DNA of 63,642 nt, filler included, from Phoronis australis (lineage: Eukaryota; Animalia; Phoronida), in assembly GCA_002633005.1 (NCBI GenBank). It is 11 parts of 11 records of this genome, joined end to end, with 100 filler letters (N's around TTAATTAATTAA, not from the genome) between each part and the next. Parts side by side here need not be neighbours in the genome. Positions count along the whole stretch, not along the records: positions 33,378 to 41,442 come from NMRA01001942.1; positions 41,543 to 44,247 come from NMRA01000651.1; positions 44,348 to 59,783 come from NMRA01000080.1; 8 more parts are not named here. One strand, written 5' to 3'. Under the pieces are notes generated by a model that had not been told where the DNA came from, made no database searches, and was given only the letters and a program-made list of their open reading frames with translations. Below are positions 37,092 through 49,390 of this stretch, in pieces (position 1 is the stretch's first letter; every line of letters begins with the position of its first letter). Made by a program: the position numbers and the translations under genes.

Positions 37092-37289
37092 CTCTCCTGG
37101 ATGTCTTGTATGTCGTTGTTGGCGACGTTGAGCATCTTCAGCCTAGAGAATCCACTGATCACCCTCAGACAGTCGTCTTGTAAGTAGTTGCCAGCTAGGT
37201 ACAACTCCTGTACTTTGTTGAGATCGTTAATGGTGTTAAGCTCTGGTAAAGACAGCAACTTGTTGTTGGTAGCGTTGAGAACCTTCAAC
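37092..37289 (-). CDS. PHLPP: PHLPP LRR exon 7
   Basis: LKVLNATNNKL..VQELYLAGNYLQDDC..; phase 2-2. Confidence 0.9.
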
Positions 37290-37599
37290 CTAAAAAGTGC
37301 ACGAAAGCAAGCAGTTGACAAACACTGGTCTCGAGTAGTGGCTATTCTGATTTATCCGGGAGCTACAGACAGACGACACAGATTTGTCTAACTGGCGACA
37401 CTTGTTTTGTTCACTTGAAGATATATTTTGTGTCACACAACACTGATTTACAGGATGTAGTTATGTTTTTCGTCTTAACATTAGGGAGAGCATTTTTTAA
37501 GTATTTCTGCGATGTACAACTACCATAGTGAGTATTTGTTGTGAATCTCTAAATTTTTGCTGTTGAATCGCACTCAGTATGAACACAGACTAAACCTAC

Positions 37600-37758
37600 T
37601 TATTGCCCTTTCTGAAGAAGTCTTTAGGAAGTTCTGGTATCATATTATGCTGTAGGTGTATTTCTTCCATAGGGTAAACGTCAATGTCTTGCGGAAGATG
37701 TTCCAGTTCATTATGGTCCACCTTTAAAACCTTAAGTTTCTTGGCATCACAAAACATC
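37600..37758 (-). CDS. PHLPP: PHLPP LRR exon 6
   Basis: MFCDAKKLKVLKVDHNELEHLP..LQHNMIPELP; phase 2-2. Confidence 0.9.
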
Positions 37759-37777
37759 CTGCATGGACAAAAGGTAA

Positions 37778-37997
37778 CAACCACTGTATTCAGCATGCAT
37801 CTTGTCTTGGTTTTCAAAGTAGCAACCATTGTATCCAGCATGCATCCTGTCTTGTTATTCAACGTACAACCATTGTATTCAGCATGCATCCTGTCTTGGT
37901 ATTCAATGTACAACCATTGTATTCAGCATGCATCCTGTCTTGGTATTCAAAGTAACAACCATTGTATTCAGAATGCAACCTGTCTTGGTATTCAAGG
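37778..37997. repeat. 44-45-bp minisatellite, 5 copies
   Basis: CAACCATTGTATTCAGCATGCATCCTGTCTTGGTATTCAAxGTA. Confidence 0.95.
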
Positions 37998-38939
37998 CTG
38001 CATTTCACTTGGCTTAGCTGGCGAAGAAAAAAAATGTTGAATGATTCTTGACCGAAGCTCTTTGGGCAGCTCGCCCATTTTATCTTAAATTGTTTCCGCG
38101 TCACAGGTAATGCGTAAATGCGCCCATTTTCGGGTTTGTAATTTAATGACTGGCCAAATTTGAAGCGATTTCTTGAGTCGCTTATGGTTTTGATAGTTTT
38201 GTTGGTAACGGAAATGGAATCCTAACACTGCAAGAGATACGGAAGATCTCAACTTATTTAGCACTCACTTTATTTCGCACATCAAAAGTTATTTGTTAAA
38301 ACCTATATTTTGTTCCTCACTTAATTGGCACGAGATTACTTGGTGGGAATTTCTTGCCTCACCTAATTCGCACACAGTCAGTTTTGTACAGTCAGCGCAA
38401 ATCCCAATAATTAATTTTGGAAATAAACACCTTAACTGTGTTGCTAATGGTCGGACATAACGTAAACAAATTTTGAGAACCAATTTTCTCCACTGAATAA
38501 CGGTCACGAAACTGGTTAAAATACGGGCACGTCATATCCGACTATTGCGACTGTGGGTAATGGTCAGATATATCCATACGTTTGAACGCTGTATATTCGC
38601 CCCTAAATTCATCTATTCACACGGGATGCTGTTGTTAACAGATTGTTTCAGCAATGATGAGATAAAGTAGTGCTATATTGGAAAATATCGTTTATCCAGT
38701 TTGTGCAAATAAGTTGAGAATTGCGATTTTATGACCTTGATTTTACGAGAAAAAAGTACTAATTCGATTCCGCTTTTAGCTCGCTAAACAAAGAGAAATG
38801 CAACTTAAACAAAGATGGCCCTTGTTTTTGCATCGCCCATAGAATCCTTACCGTACAGAATATTAAAAGTAATATCTAAGAAACAAAAGTTACTCCCTTA
38901 AACCTCAACTACATGGCTGTGGTGAATATATCAACTTAC

Positions 38940-39035
38940 TTTTCAGGTAGCTTTGTCAGCCTGTTGTAACTGGCATCAAGTCGATGCAGGAAGAAACAGT
39001 CAGCTGTCCACTCAGGAAGGACCTTCAGTCGGTTA
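38940..39035 (-). CDS. PHLPP: PHLPP LRR exon 5
   Basis: NRLKVLPEWTADCFFLHRLDASYNRLTKLPE; phase 2-2, not in the ORF track. Confidence 0.9.
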
Positions 39036-39359
39036 CTGCACATGGCGAGAAAGCACACACAAGTGTAGCAAATTGCGTTTGCTCATTATTTACCGTCAAA
39101 TCATTGCCTAAGAAAAGTTAGCCATTTGTCTTGTCCTGCGGCCTGACGTAACATTCTGAGCTTCTCCATAGGCTGGATTTGTATTATAGTTTTACATCGA
39201 CGTTGACCTTCTTGTGTTTATACAGTTTCATTAGTTTTGTTAGAAACAATTAGATAACTTTTAGACCATTACAACGTGCATTAAAACTATTCATAATATT
39301 TACATTTAAGCTTTTGTTTGTTAAACAGACATTTTCAAGAAATAAAGTCGCATACTTAC

Positions 39360-39420
39360 TGTGAAATATCCAAGACTTCAAGCCATTCTGGTTTCGGGGT
39401 AATCGAAAAGTACTCAAGCT
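39360..39420 (-). CDS. PHLPP: PHLPP LRR exon 4
   Basis: LEYFSITPKPEWLEVLDIS; 61 nt, phase 1-2. Confidence 0.85.
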
Positions 39421-39642
39421 CTGTAAAGTATGTAAATTTAGTCTGCACTAGATTGTTTGGGCTTATTTCAGTTATAAAAAGCAATGTTATCATTTAATTT
39501 TCTAATTCTTGTGGTTGCTTAAACAATGCCCTAATCATTTACTTTTCTGAGTACATTTTATATTCATTTATCACATTTTCCTTCACGAGACTCATATACA
39601 ACAATTGATCACAAAGAATAGTTTAATGTAAAAGTCGTTTAC

Positions 39643-40097
39643 TGTTATGCATGGCATAGAGATGTTTCAGTGATGATCCATTCAGTTGCAACCCCCGCAT
39701 CCCATTGGCAGCACAGGCCAAGAACTCCAGCGTCCTGACACCTCGAATGTCCAACTCTTGAACTTTGTTCTCCCGAATATCCATATGCGTCAAATGTTCC
39801 AGCAATGTGAACTTCACCGTCTCATTGGGTCTCAGAGTCAAGACATTCATTCTAAAATCGACCTTTTTCACGTACTTCAGTCTGACCAGAATGTTATCAG
39901 GGAGATGTTCTATGTTGTTTCCGGCCATGATCAAGCTCTCGATTTCCGACATGCGCGTATCCGCCATGTTGGCCACCACTGCAGGAACTGTTGTAAATTT
40001 GTTGAAAGCCAACACAAGGATGACCAACTTCTTCAGTGACAAAATCTCTTCCGGCATCTGGTAGAGATTGTTGTTGTGAACGTGGAGAGCTCGCAGG
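39643..40097 (-). CDS. PHLPP: PHLPP LRR exon 3
   Basis: LRALHVHNNNL..VKKVDFRMN..LTHMDIRENK..LYAMHN; phase 2-1. Confidence 0.92.
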
Positions 40098-40380
40098 CTG
40101 AAAGGCAAATACGTGTATGAGAAAAGGAATACGTTTTCATTGAAACACTGGCAGACATTCAATAAAACTCGCTGAACTTGGATCTTCACATATCTCAGCA
40201 CGGCTGGCCTAGTTCGTGCTCCTTACCCTTCAGACACGTTGAAGTTCGCGTCTAACTCTGATACAAAATCTCCGGACGACTTGGATGATAATGTGCACAA
40301 TATTAAAAGTTTGTAAGTTAATGACTTGTGGGAATTTTTTAATCTCTACTTAAGACAACCCATGTTGGTGGTGTCCATAC

Positions 40381-40527
40381 TTAAATAGATGGGATATCTG
40401 AGGTGGGACTTCGTCCAGCTTGTTGCTTGCCAAATTCAACTCGACCAGCGTGTGGATTTGGCAAATTGAAAGTGGGAAAACATGTAGATCGTTGTCGGCG
40501 AGGTTCAAACTCCTCAGGTGAGAAAAT
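40381..40527 (-). CDS. PHLPP: PHLPP LRR exon 2
   Basis: FSHLRSLNLADNDLHVFPLSICQIHTLVELNLASN; phase 2-2. Confidence 0.92.
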   Translation of the reverse strand: MFSPEEFEPRRQRSTCFPTFNLPNPHAGRVEFGKQQAGRSPTSDIPSI

Positions 40528-41183
40528 CTGAAACAGAAATAGTGTGTTTTTAAATTCTTTCTCAGGCAGGTAGGGCTGCTGAATCTGAAGTCAGATGCAG
40601 TGCGTTGAGACGAGAGGTACAACATGAATGCAAAATGGAGATCTTCTGGCCAATTACGTGTGCGTGTGGTCACCACGTTAAAGAAGAACCTAAGCACAAG
40701 TACTTTATTGGAATGTAGCATTCTCACGGGAAGAAGGCACATCTGCCGTCGTCCGGGGGCGAATGGCAAGAACGCAGGTCGAACATCTGACCAGCGTTCA
40801 TGTGACGGACCTTCTTTCCGATCAGACGGCACCTGGACGTCGTAAAACTAATGGTTAAAGCAATCAAATCAACGATAGCAATTTCTCTACGGATTTTTCT
40901 TTATAAAATGGTCTCTTTTTCAAATTCGATCAAAACGGTTTACCATCTAGTACATCCAAAGCATAAAGTTGCAACAAATATTTTTTTATTTCGTTAAATA
41001 CAAATAGTAATTTATATTATTTGATCCAAAGTCAATTCAGAATATTCAACTGTTCATTCAGTGCATTTTATGGGCTCAATAGCAGGTGCTGCAGCTGGAC
41101 ACATTTTTGTAACAGCCAGTATTTGTGTTGCGCAGTGCTGACTCTTTTGTGTTCATGATTTAATCAACAACTGCGAACTTTAC

Positions 41184-41359
41184 CGTTGTAAATCGTCCAA
41201 CCAACCGATGACGTAGATATCTTCTTCAATCGGACGTTCTTTTAAAACGTTGTGGCGCAGGTTGAGCATTGACAGCTCCTCATTTATGAAAATGGCTTCA
41301 GGGAGGAACTCCAAGTGGCAGTTTGACAAATCTGCTGATGTTGGCAGTTTTGAGGTGGC
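41184..41359 (-). CDS. PHLPP: PH domain leucine-rich repeat protein phosphatase, first exon seen
   Basis: ADLSNCHLEFLPEAIFINEELSMLNLRHN..GWLDDLQR; the nine exons join in frame and follow the remembered human PHLPP1 LRR order. Confidence 0.9.
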
Positions 41360-41442
41360 CTGAAAACATGCATCGATACAAACTACAGCTAGATGAATTC
41401 GTGTGTTCACACATATATTTCGTATCAAATCGGTCATCATGT

Positions 41443-41542
41443 NNNNNNNNNNNNNNNNNNNNNNNNNNNNNNNNNNNNNNNNNNNNTTAATTAATTAANN
41501 NNNNNNNNNNNNNNNNNNNNNNNNNNNNNNNNNNNNNNNNNN
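41443..41542. other. Artificial contig-join spacer
   Basis: N44-TTAATTAATTAA-N44. Confidence 0.98.
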
Positions 41543-42000
41543 TATTTGTTTTCGCTCCTCTTTTCAAATATTACAGTAAAAACTACGTAAAATTCTCTCC
41601 ATAAAAAGTACAGTTGTTAGGCTAGACTGTAATCAGCTGATCATATCCGCATGAGCGAAGTCAATTATCCTCGCTCGTGACTCGATGAATAGAGCAGCTT
41701 GGCGGCATCCCTTTGAGCATGAGCCGAGCGCGTCTCAGCCAAGGTGGATAAATACGGTCTAGTTCAATTTTCCATACCCCGCCGTTTACCTTAAACACCG
41801 GGGTTAGAACCAATTTTATTTAGTGGGAATGTTCATAGCATGCCATGGAGCAAGTTTCTTGTGATAAAAGTGAGATCACAAAATGATGGGAAATAATGTA
41901 AGGCACAAAGATAGACCACAGTAGCAAAATGGCCGCCACTGAAGTGATCGGAAAAATCCACAGCACATTATTCTACAAAGACTACAAATGCCAAATGTAC

Positions 42001-42136
42001 CTTTATTAAGCTGTTGACGTAGCATCTTGCCAAAATCAATAGCATGTTTTCCACCTGTCCAGTCAGTCAACACTATCTGTATCTTGTCATGGAACGTCTT
42101 GGACACTGTGGTCACTATATCCCCTTCACGAAGCAG
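42001..42136 (-). CDS. Exon of an unidentified protein
   Basis: tgttccag acceptor, GTACAT donor, phase 0-1; LLREGDIVTTVSKTFHDKIQIVLTDWTGGKHAIDFGKMLRQQLNK. Confidence 0.6.
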
Positions 42137-42283
42137 CTGGAACACAGATGAGATTAGGGAAACTAGTCTTGTAAAGAACTATCAGTTTGTTATTCCTTGA
42201 AATCCGTGACAAGACAAACTGTAGTCTGGTCTCAACCATCAAACTGTCGGTTCTTTTGGAGACCTAAATTACCTCTAAATTGA

Positions 42284-42426
42284 CTATAAGGAAAAATTTG
42301 AATGGTAAGTATTCTATAAGGAACAATTTGAATGGTAAGTATTCTATAAGGAACAATTTGAATGGTAAGTATTCTATATGGTAAGTATTCTATAAGGAAC
42401 AATTTGAATGGTAAGTATTCTATAAG
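42284..42426. repeat. 30-bp minisatellite (~4.5 copies, one internally deleted)
   Basis: CTATAAGGAACAATTTGAATGGTAAGTATT. Confidence 0.95.
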
Positions 42427-42821
42427 ATGAAAGTTAGTATTTGTGGAAGAAGGCAGATTTACAACCATTTTAAGGTTTGAAGATCCGTTAGGTTTCTTAT
42501 ATTTGACACTTTTGAGTTTCTCATCAGTGTACTTGGTTTTCATCTTTGATGATTGCCGTTCTATTCCCTTCTCTAGCTTTTGAAAACATGACCTTTTCAT
42601 TCTTAGTTTTACTGCATGAAAAGCGACACATGCATTTGTATTGGCTTAGAAACATTAACTCTGAAATCTTCAGCTTTCACTGGCTTACCTATACTGCCTG
42701 AAGATCATGCACGACAAAAAAGAGAAAAACAATAATTGGATTTATTAAACTTCACGCAAGTTTCATGACAGCTGCACGGAAAGACATTAATACAACCAAA
42801 AATCACAGAGTACTTCCTTAC

Positions 42822-42907
42822 CTCTGGAAATATATCATCCTGTTTGAGAAAGCTTTTCAGCCTTTGCATTGAGAATCCACCACCATACTCCAATGTGATC
42901 ATCGCAC
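42822..42907 (-). CDS. Exon of an unidentified protein (upstream of 42001-42136)
   Basis: gtttcag acceptor, GTAAGG donor, phase 1-0; AMITLEYGGGFSMQRLKSFLKQDDIFPE. Confidence 0.6.
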
Positions 42908-44247
42908 CTGAAACAAACAGTCATTAACTGACTATATAACAAAACAGCTTCGAATTAGTGTTTCATAAATAATAAAACCCATGAAAGCACAAAGCTCTGT
43001 ACAACTTTAATGCCCGTGTAAAAAACACAGCAAAATTTTTGATGAGCTACGGATTTTAAAGTCTAACCTCAATGAAATTTTGATATTTTAGTTGTATTAG
43101 GCTAACCAGATAATCCTAGAAAAGTCTTAGTAAAATAAGAAAACGCGAGTTCAATCACGCAAGTGTAAGCCAGTCAAATGATAAGTGAAGGTGCCTTTTT
43201 AAGCCATGCTGTGTTACTGTGAGATCCCAGCACAAACAACAAAAGGTTGTATTGAATAGGTATCTGAATACAACACCATTGCATGCCGGTGTTTTTTTGC
43301 AGCTGTTTGAATTAAAAGGTGATTCACGCAGTGACATAGACAAAAGCAAGCCACTACGCCTAACAGTTCGTTACATTCAACAATTTATGGCACTAGTGGG
43401 CTCAGAGCGATGCTCTTAACATACTGTAGGAACCAAATTTACATGTGTTACCGTTGAAGATAGGCTTTAATAACAGATGGGCCCCTATGGTACTTTTATT
43501 TTGAAGCAGTTTATTTTTGAGTCGCCCACCACAAATGTACATGTGCGTGTGTATGTGAGTATGAATGTTTTATCTTCATTTTCACATTTGTAAGAAGTAT
43601 TATGTTTAATAAAAAATAGAAAAAATACCTTTCAATTTTAAAAACAGGAATGTTGGTCATTTGCCTTAGCAGTTTTTTGTTTTTTTTTACTTTGAAACTA
43701 GTACGGTAAACAGGTGCATTGTTTACACTGGAACTGTCTCAATCAGTACAATCAGTGATATTTGCACTTATGTTCCTATGGTCAAATGAAATCAGCTTGC
43801 AAGTGAGTGCATGATAAATTTGTATAATTAATGCAAATTAAGGCCACCATTATTCAAAATAGTGTTTTTGCTTACAACACCCTTACCAAGCACTTCAGAC
43901 AGGTTACTTTAAAGGAGCATGCCACCCAAAAAACAACCTAATTTGTATCAATTTAGATCGAGTAGTTCTACTCCATAACGACACGTACGGTTGCATTACT
44001 TGACACCTGATGGCAGACGGAGGTGTTGAAATTATCCAATGACGTCATCGGTTTCACACGCAGTCTGTTCAGCAGTTCACAACACGGGTTACTGGTGTCA
44101 GCTTATCGCTTGAATTCATCGTTTTACACCAATAAATCATCAAACTTCGATGTAAAACCCTTAAAAATACACCGAGTTCATATAAAAACGTGTTGTTTTA
44201 TTTCGGTCTTACGGATTTATTGGTATTTGGACACACCGTAGCCTACA

Positions 44248-44347
44248 NNNNNNNNNNNNNNNNNNNNNNNNNNNNNNNNNNNNNNNNNNNNTTAATTAAT
44301 TAANNNNNNNNNNNNNNNNNNNNNNNNNNNNNNNNNNNNNNNNNNNN
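44248..44347. other. Artificial contig-join spacer
   Basis: N44-TTAATTAATTAA-N44. Confidence 0.98.
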
Positions 44348-45230
44348 TACCATTATAGTTGATGACAGGATAGGAGGATTGCTGTTGACTGCCGCGTATT
44401 TTATTGATGATGTTCCAGTATTCTTTGGAATTCTTGCTTGCGCTGTTAATTTGTTGAAAAAGCTTGTGTCGGTGATCAGCTTTGGCTTGATTTACTAAAG
44501 TTTCAACCAGACGTGACTGCTTCTTGTATCTGTTGTAGATTATAGTGTTGTTAGATCTTCTGAAAGATCTGTAAAGTCTGTTTCTTGTGCGGATTGCCCG
44601 TTTAACATTACTGTTGAACCACGGTTGGCTGTTGTGTTTAATTATCTTTTCAGTTGATGGGATGTTGTTTTCTAAGATTTCAAAGAGAGTACTAGTGAAG
44701 AGTGAAACAGTGTCATCAATGTCGCCAGTGTTCAATATGGAATCCCAGTCAGTGTTGGTGATATCCTGGCGCAGTTTATCGGTGTCGACCTGATCATATT
44801 TCCAGTTGGTTCGAGTGGTGTGTTGTTCATTAACCGGTTTTTTAGTGTGGTGATCAGAATTGCCAACAGGAGGCAGTACAGAACATGAGTCAATGATACT
44901 CAAATTGTTTGTTATACAGAGGTCAACACATGAATGAGAAACGTCGGTGATACGGGTTGGCTCATTAATTAGTTGTATGCAGTCATTAGACAATAAAATA
45001 TCAAACAATTGTAGTCCGGCCGTATTGTCATGATCATCATTGTACCATGTAGAGTTTCGAGCATTGAAATCACCATTTATGATTATACTAACGCTACTGC
45101 GGTTAAGTTCCGCTATCTGATCGGCTAGGGCTTTGAAGTAGAGTTTTCTTTCAGTTGCAGATTGAGAAGGTGAGCGATAAAACAACCCATAGTAAATTTT
45201 TCTGTGATCGAAATAAATTTCGATCCAGCA
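44348..45230 (-). mobile_element. Non-LTR retrotransposon (CR1/L2/Jockey group) ORF2 fragment: AP endonuclease and linker
   Basis: YRSP, GDFNA, PTR..VDLCIT, SDH motifs, then PWFN..KRAIR; cut by contig edge, 5' part missing. Confidence 0.92.
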
Positions 45231-48200
45231 GTTGCATAACTGAGGACAAGTTAAGCTAGGACATAATTTAAATAAGAGTGTATTTTTAGTGAATAAGATG
45301 ATACCACGGCCACTGTTACTGTGAAGACCAATACGTGTAATTAGGAAGATTGCGCTATATAATCAGTTTCTTTGTAGATAAGCCAAAAGCTGCTAAAATG
45401 AGCTCGGCCTATTTCTTAGCAAGCAGGTTCTTTGTTATACACTAAGTAGACAAAGGAGCATAAATGTTGTGTGTCACGGTGTGCGTTGCAGTAGATTTTG
45501 AGTGAGACCTTGTTTTTGAGAACCGATGAAGTATAGCTTTCGTTTTCATTGTGTGAGGTTAGTGGGGAATTTATGCTTAATTTGGTTACCGGAATTCTGT
45601 TTTAACGATTATCTGGGTTAAACTGTAGACCAGCGTGTTTAATTTGCTTTGTAGCCGGTGGTGTCTCTGTTTTGGTAAATCGTTAGATAACGATGGACTA
45701 CAATAACTAAAGTACATTAGAGGAAACTACACGAAATTATATCTACATCAATGATGATAATCTTTAGCTATTGTGACATAAAGTAGGTGGTGATAATTGA
45801 ACCTTACCACGACTGCCGAACTCTTAACAGGGAAACAGAACCCTTGCCTGCCCTTGGTAGCGTTTTCTGGATCTGTGGACATTAGCAAGAATTTTAGATA
45901 AAAGCTTCAGAAACTGTGTATTTAATCAATTCGACAAAAGCTATATATGACTCTGAGACTCGTGGCCGTCATTTTCCTAAGATAGACTCTTTAGCTAACT
46001 CGCTTTTGCGAGAGCTCGCTTTTTAACAAGAAAATTGGTCTACAAAACACTACTTTGATTGCAATTCACTGTGCACTTGAAGTGTTCTAGTGCATAGGGT
46101 TATAATTCAAGCTCTTTAGTGATTGAAGTGAGAAAAGTTTTGGTAGTCTTATGTATTTTGTGGAAAGCGGCAAGAGTTTCACTTCTTAAGAAAAGGCTCG
46201 ATCATCGCCCGTTAAAATGACAAGTTCAATGTTAATATTGGTTTGCCATTGGTCATATACCATTGATGTGTATGATGATTGATTTCTGGTGTGATAAATG
46301 CAAAAGTTATGATAATTGTGAGTGTATTTTATAATAAATAGGTTTGCATTCGCTAAAATTGTCTTCTTGTCTTTAAAAATGCAATGACTTAATATGCCCT
46401 GGAGAAGTGGTCAAAAATTTTTCTACTTTTTCGAGATACATGTAACTATGTTTGATTAAGTTTACGTTTTCAAGTACGTTTAGGTGACCTATGCTGCAAA
46501 CACTGTCCTGAGCAGGGCCTTCAAAAGATAAATTAAACACTTCATGGTAGTTGACAAATATTCCCTTGAATTTCTCTTCTTCTCCGTGTTTCGCCATCTT
46601 TCTTTTTCTCGACTGTCACACCTATGCTGGTGGCCACGGTTTGACCCTGACGCATGCAAATTTTTGTTGGCACTTGCCCACCTTACAGGCTCCCCCCAAG
46701 CACTACTGGCTAGGCAGATTTGTGACGTAATCGACAGAGAAAAGAAATTTTCCGTGATATGTTGTAGCATTGAAGGACATGGGAAACCCGTAGTATTGAA
46801 TGCTGGTGGCGAGCGCTAACCAAGTGACAGTGACGTGCTTGTACAAGCCGGGAAACATCAATTTGAAACTCCGTAGTCGAACAAGCACTTCGGATTTGTT
46901 TTCATCTCAGTAACTAGTTGTTTACTGTCGTGCAGTTGCTTAATGGACACCGGTCATAAAACGAGAGCACCAAAAGGTCACAACTCAGATCTTGAATAAA
47001 GTTGTGTGTACATTTATTCTGGTGGGATATGTTCAAAATGCTTATTTGAAATTTTTGGGGCCATTATTTTTTAAGTTAGAGCATCATGAATGTTTTGGCT
47101 CAAAACAGTTCATCTTTGGTTAAAAAAGGTTCAATTAGTGAAGTTGTTTTAAAACTGCAAAAATAACTGGAAAGAAAAAAAATCTTTATGATGTTGATGT
47201 ACACATTGAACCTCTCTATCAGAAGACAGTCTTCACATCTTGAAAGGAGCTTCCGTTAACCTTTACTAAAGTGTCGAAATTAGATAAATTTTGCCCAATT
47301 TTGTGTGTTTGATTTTAAGCCATTTCTTAGGTGTTCTGGGGACCAGTTTGCAGGGTGCTTGTGGTTTTCATATTTTCCATCAGTTTGGTGGAAAATGAAA
47401 AAATAAAATATATAGGCTTTTTGTTTGTTTTCAAGCAACAGTCGATAGAAAGAACATACAGTGCCTGACTACGGGCAGCATGCAGTTGCATCTCGTAAAT
47501 CTCATAAAAAGGCTTCATTAATTTTTGCTATGTTTCTAAGGTGGTCAACTCAGTCTTCGTCGATAATTCAACAACTGCTGGCCCCCTTGTGGCAGTTTTT
47601 ATAACTAGTGAAGTTTCATGAAATATTGCCAAAACGTTTCCATAGAGGAAACGATGGCACATGTATGTTTGAAAACGACGTTTCGATAATAATCTAGCAT
47701 TCTGCTACGATTGTTTCCGTCTACTATTGTACTTGATGATGACTTTTTATTAATGTCGAAACGTCGCTTGCATGCCGCAATCTATCGTCGTTTGTTTCTA
47801 CTTCTTATTTCTAATTTGGCCAAAACCAAATATTACTTACAAGCATACTTTCGAATGCTTGTAACCTGTGCTGTACCACCCGTGTCAGTTTTAGCATTTT
47901 GAAAACCGTTCACATATCTAACCTGTGCCCTTGTCACGAACTAACTGATCCTGTGCCCGTAATCTGAGTTTTGGAGTTTTGCTATTTTTGCAGGATGGTA
48001 ATCGTTTAATGAATTCAACCCAAAAACTGAGTTCTTCACTTGTAACACTACCAAAAGGTATAAATATTATATCTGTCAAAAACATGGTAAGCAGGGGTTT
48101 CAAACTGTCACTGTTGCTAAAATATAATAAAAGTTTGAAGCTATGAGGCTCAAGGATACGCTTAAACGTCACACTTCGTCATCAAAATGTAAGATGTTGT

Positions 48201-49224
48201 AAATCAAGTAATATCTTTCATATTGTATTGCTTTGATATGTCCTACTTACAAAACATGAATCAAAACCACAATTTATGCACAAGATTTATACAAATCTGT
48301 GTCCTATTGTGACGCAAAATCATATCTTGAAGAAAAATTGACTTTCAAAATTATTTTAATTATTTTTCAGAAGAGCGCAATGTCAACTGGAATCGCAATT
48401 AACATTGAAATAAAAAGAATATTCATAGTTATGGTACACACACCGGAAACTTGTACAAAACTGTTTTTGGTAGCAGCCAGTCAACATATGTATTGTAATG
48501 AAATCTTCATTCTTAATGTTTATTACGAAATCGTCAGTACAAGGAATATATATTGCTCTGAAAGCGCCAAGAGGCATTGTATCTGGGTTAAATAAATACA
48601 AAGAAATCTATATACAATCATTATACACAAAAAACTGATGTTAAGATTTCAAAGACATATGATTATGAATGTAAATAAATCATTTTCATACAAAATCAGT
48701 TATTTTACATGTATACAATTTATACACTCACACAAAGAGAATTCATATTAAAATAATTTTTGATACTATTTCAAATAAAACCTTATTTGCATTTGAGTTG
48801 AGTTCTTTACATCCATATAAAATCGATGACAATGTATCCAGTTGAACATGCCTTTCAGTTCAGAAAAGTTACAGCTGCGTGATTAAATTCTGGTATAAAC
48901 CCTTGGATTGTTCAGAATGTTGGGTAAGGATATGGGTTATTAGATTTTACTGTTTGAATATTGACGAAGTTCCAAAAAAAACGTTCAAACAGTGTAGAAT
49001 CCGCAACATTGGGCCATGTTTTAGAACAAATTATTGGGGACAAATAAAACAACAAGAATAATAAATATTTTAAGTTGTATTGGGAATTTCAGGGTCATAG
49101 CTCTACAAATAAATATTTCACAGAAGGAACCAGATGGGTTCCTTAATTACAAGAGATAACACACACGTTTCCGATACCCAAAGTGTTACTGAGTATCGGA
49201 TACTAAGTGGCACAGGTTAGCATA

Positions 49225-49390
49225 GTACCAAATGGGTACATAATACCAAATGGGTATTGGCCGATTGCCTACCAACTGGGTCGAGCAAAGCGGCTAATTC
49301 AATAACAAGTACCAAGTGGGTACAAACTGTCAAATGGGCAAATATCATATAAAGTACCAAGTGGGTACACCAAATAGCCAACTGGGCTAT
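49225..49390. repeat. Degenerate short-unit repeat (AGTACCAA(A/G)TGGGTA)
   Basis: About six spaced imperfect copies. Confidence 0.6.

Noticed and set aside
39686-40064. Plus-strand ORFs over the PHLPP exons
   Set aside because: Antisense shadows of real coding exons; the same holds for the ORFs opposite the LDLa, CYFIP and LINE regions.
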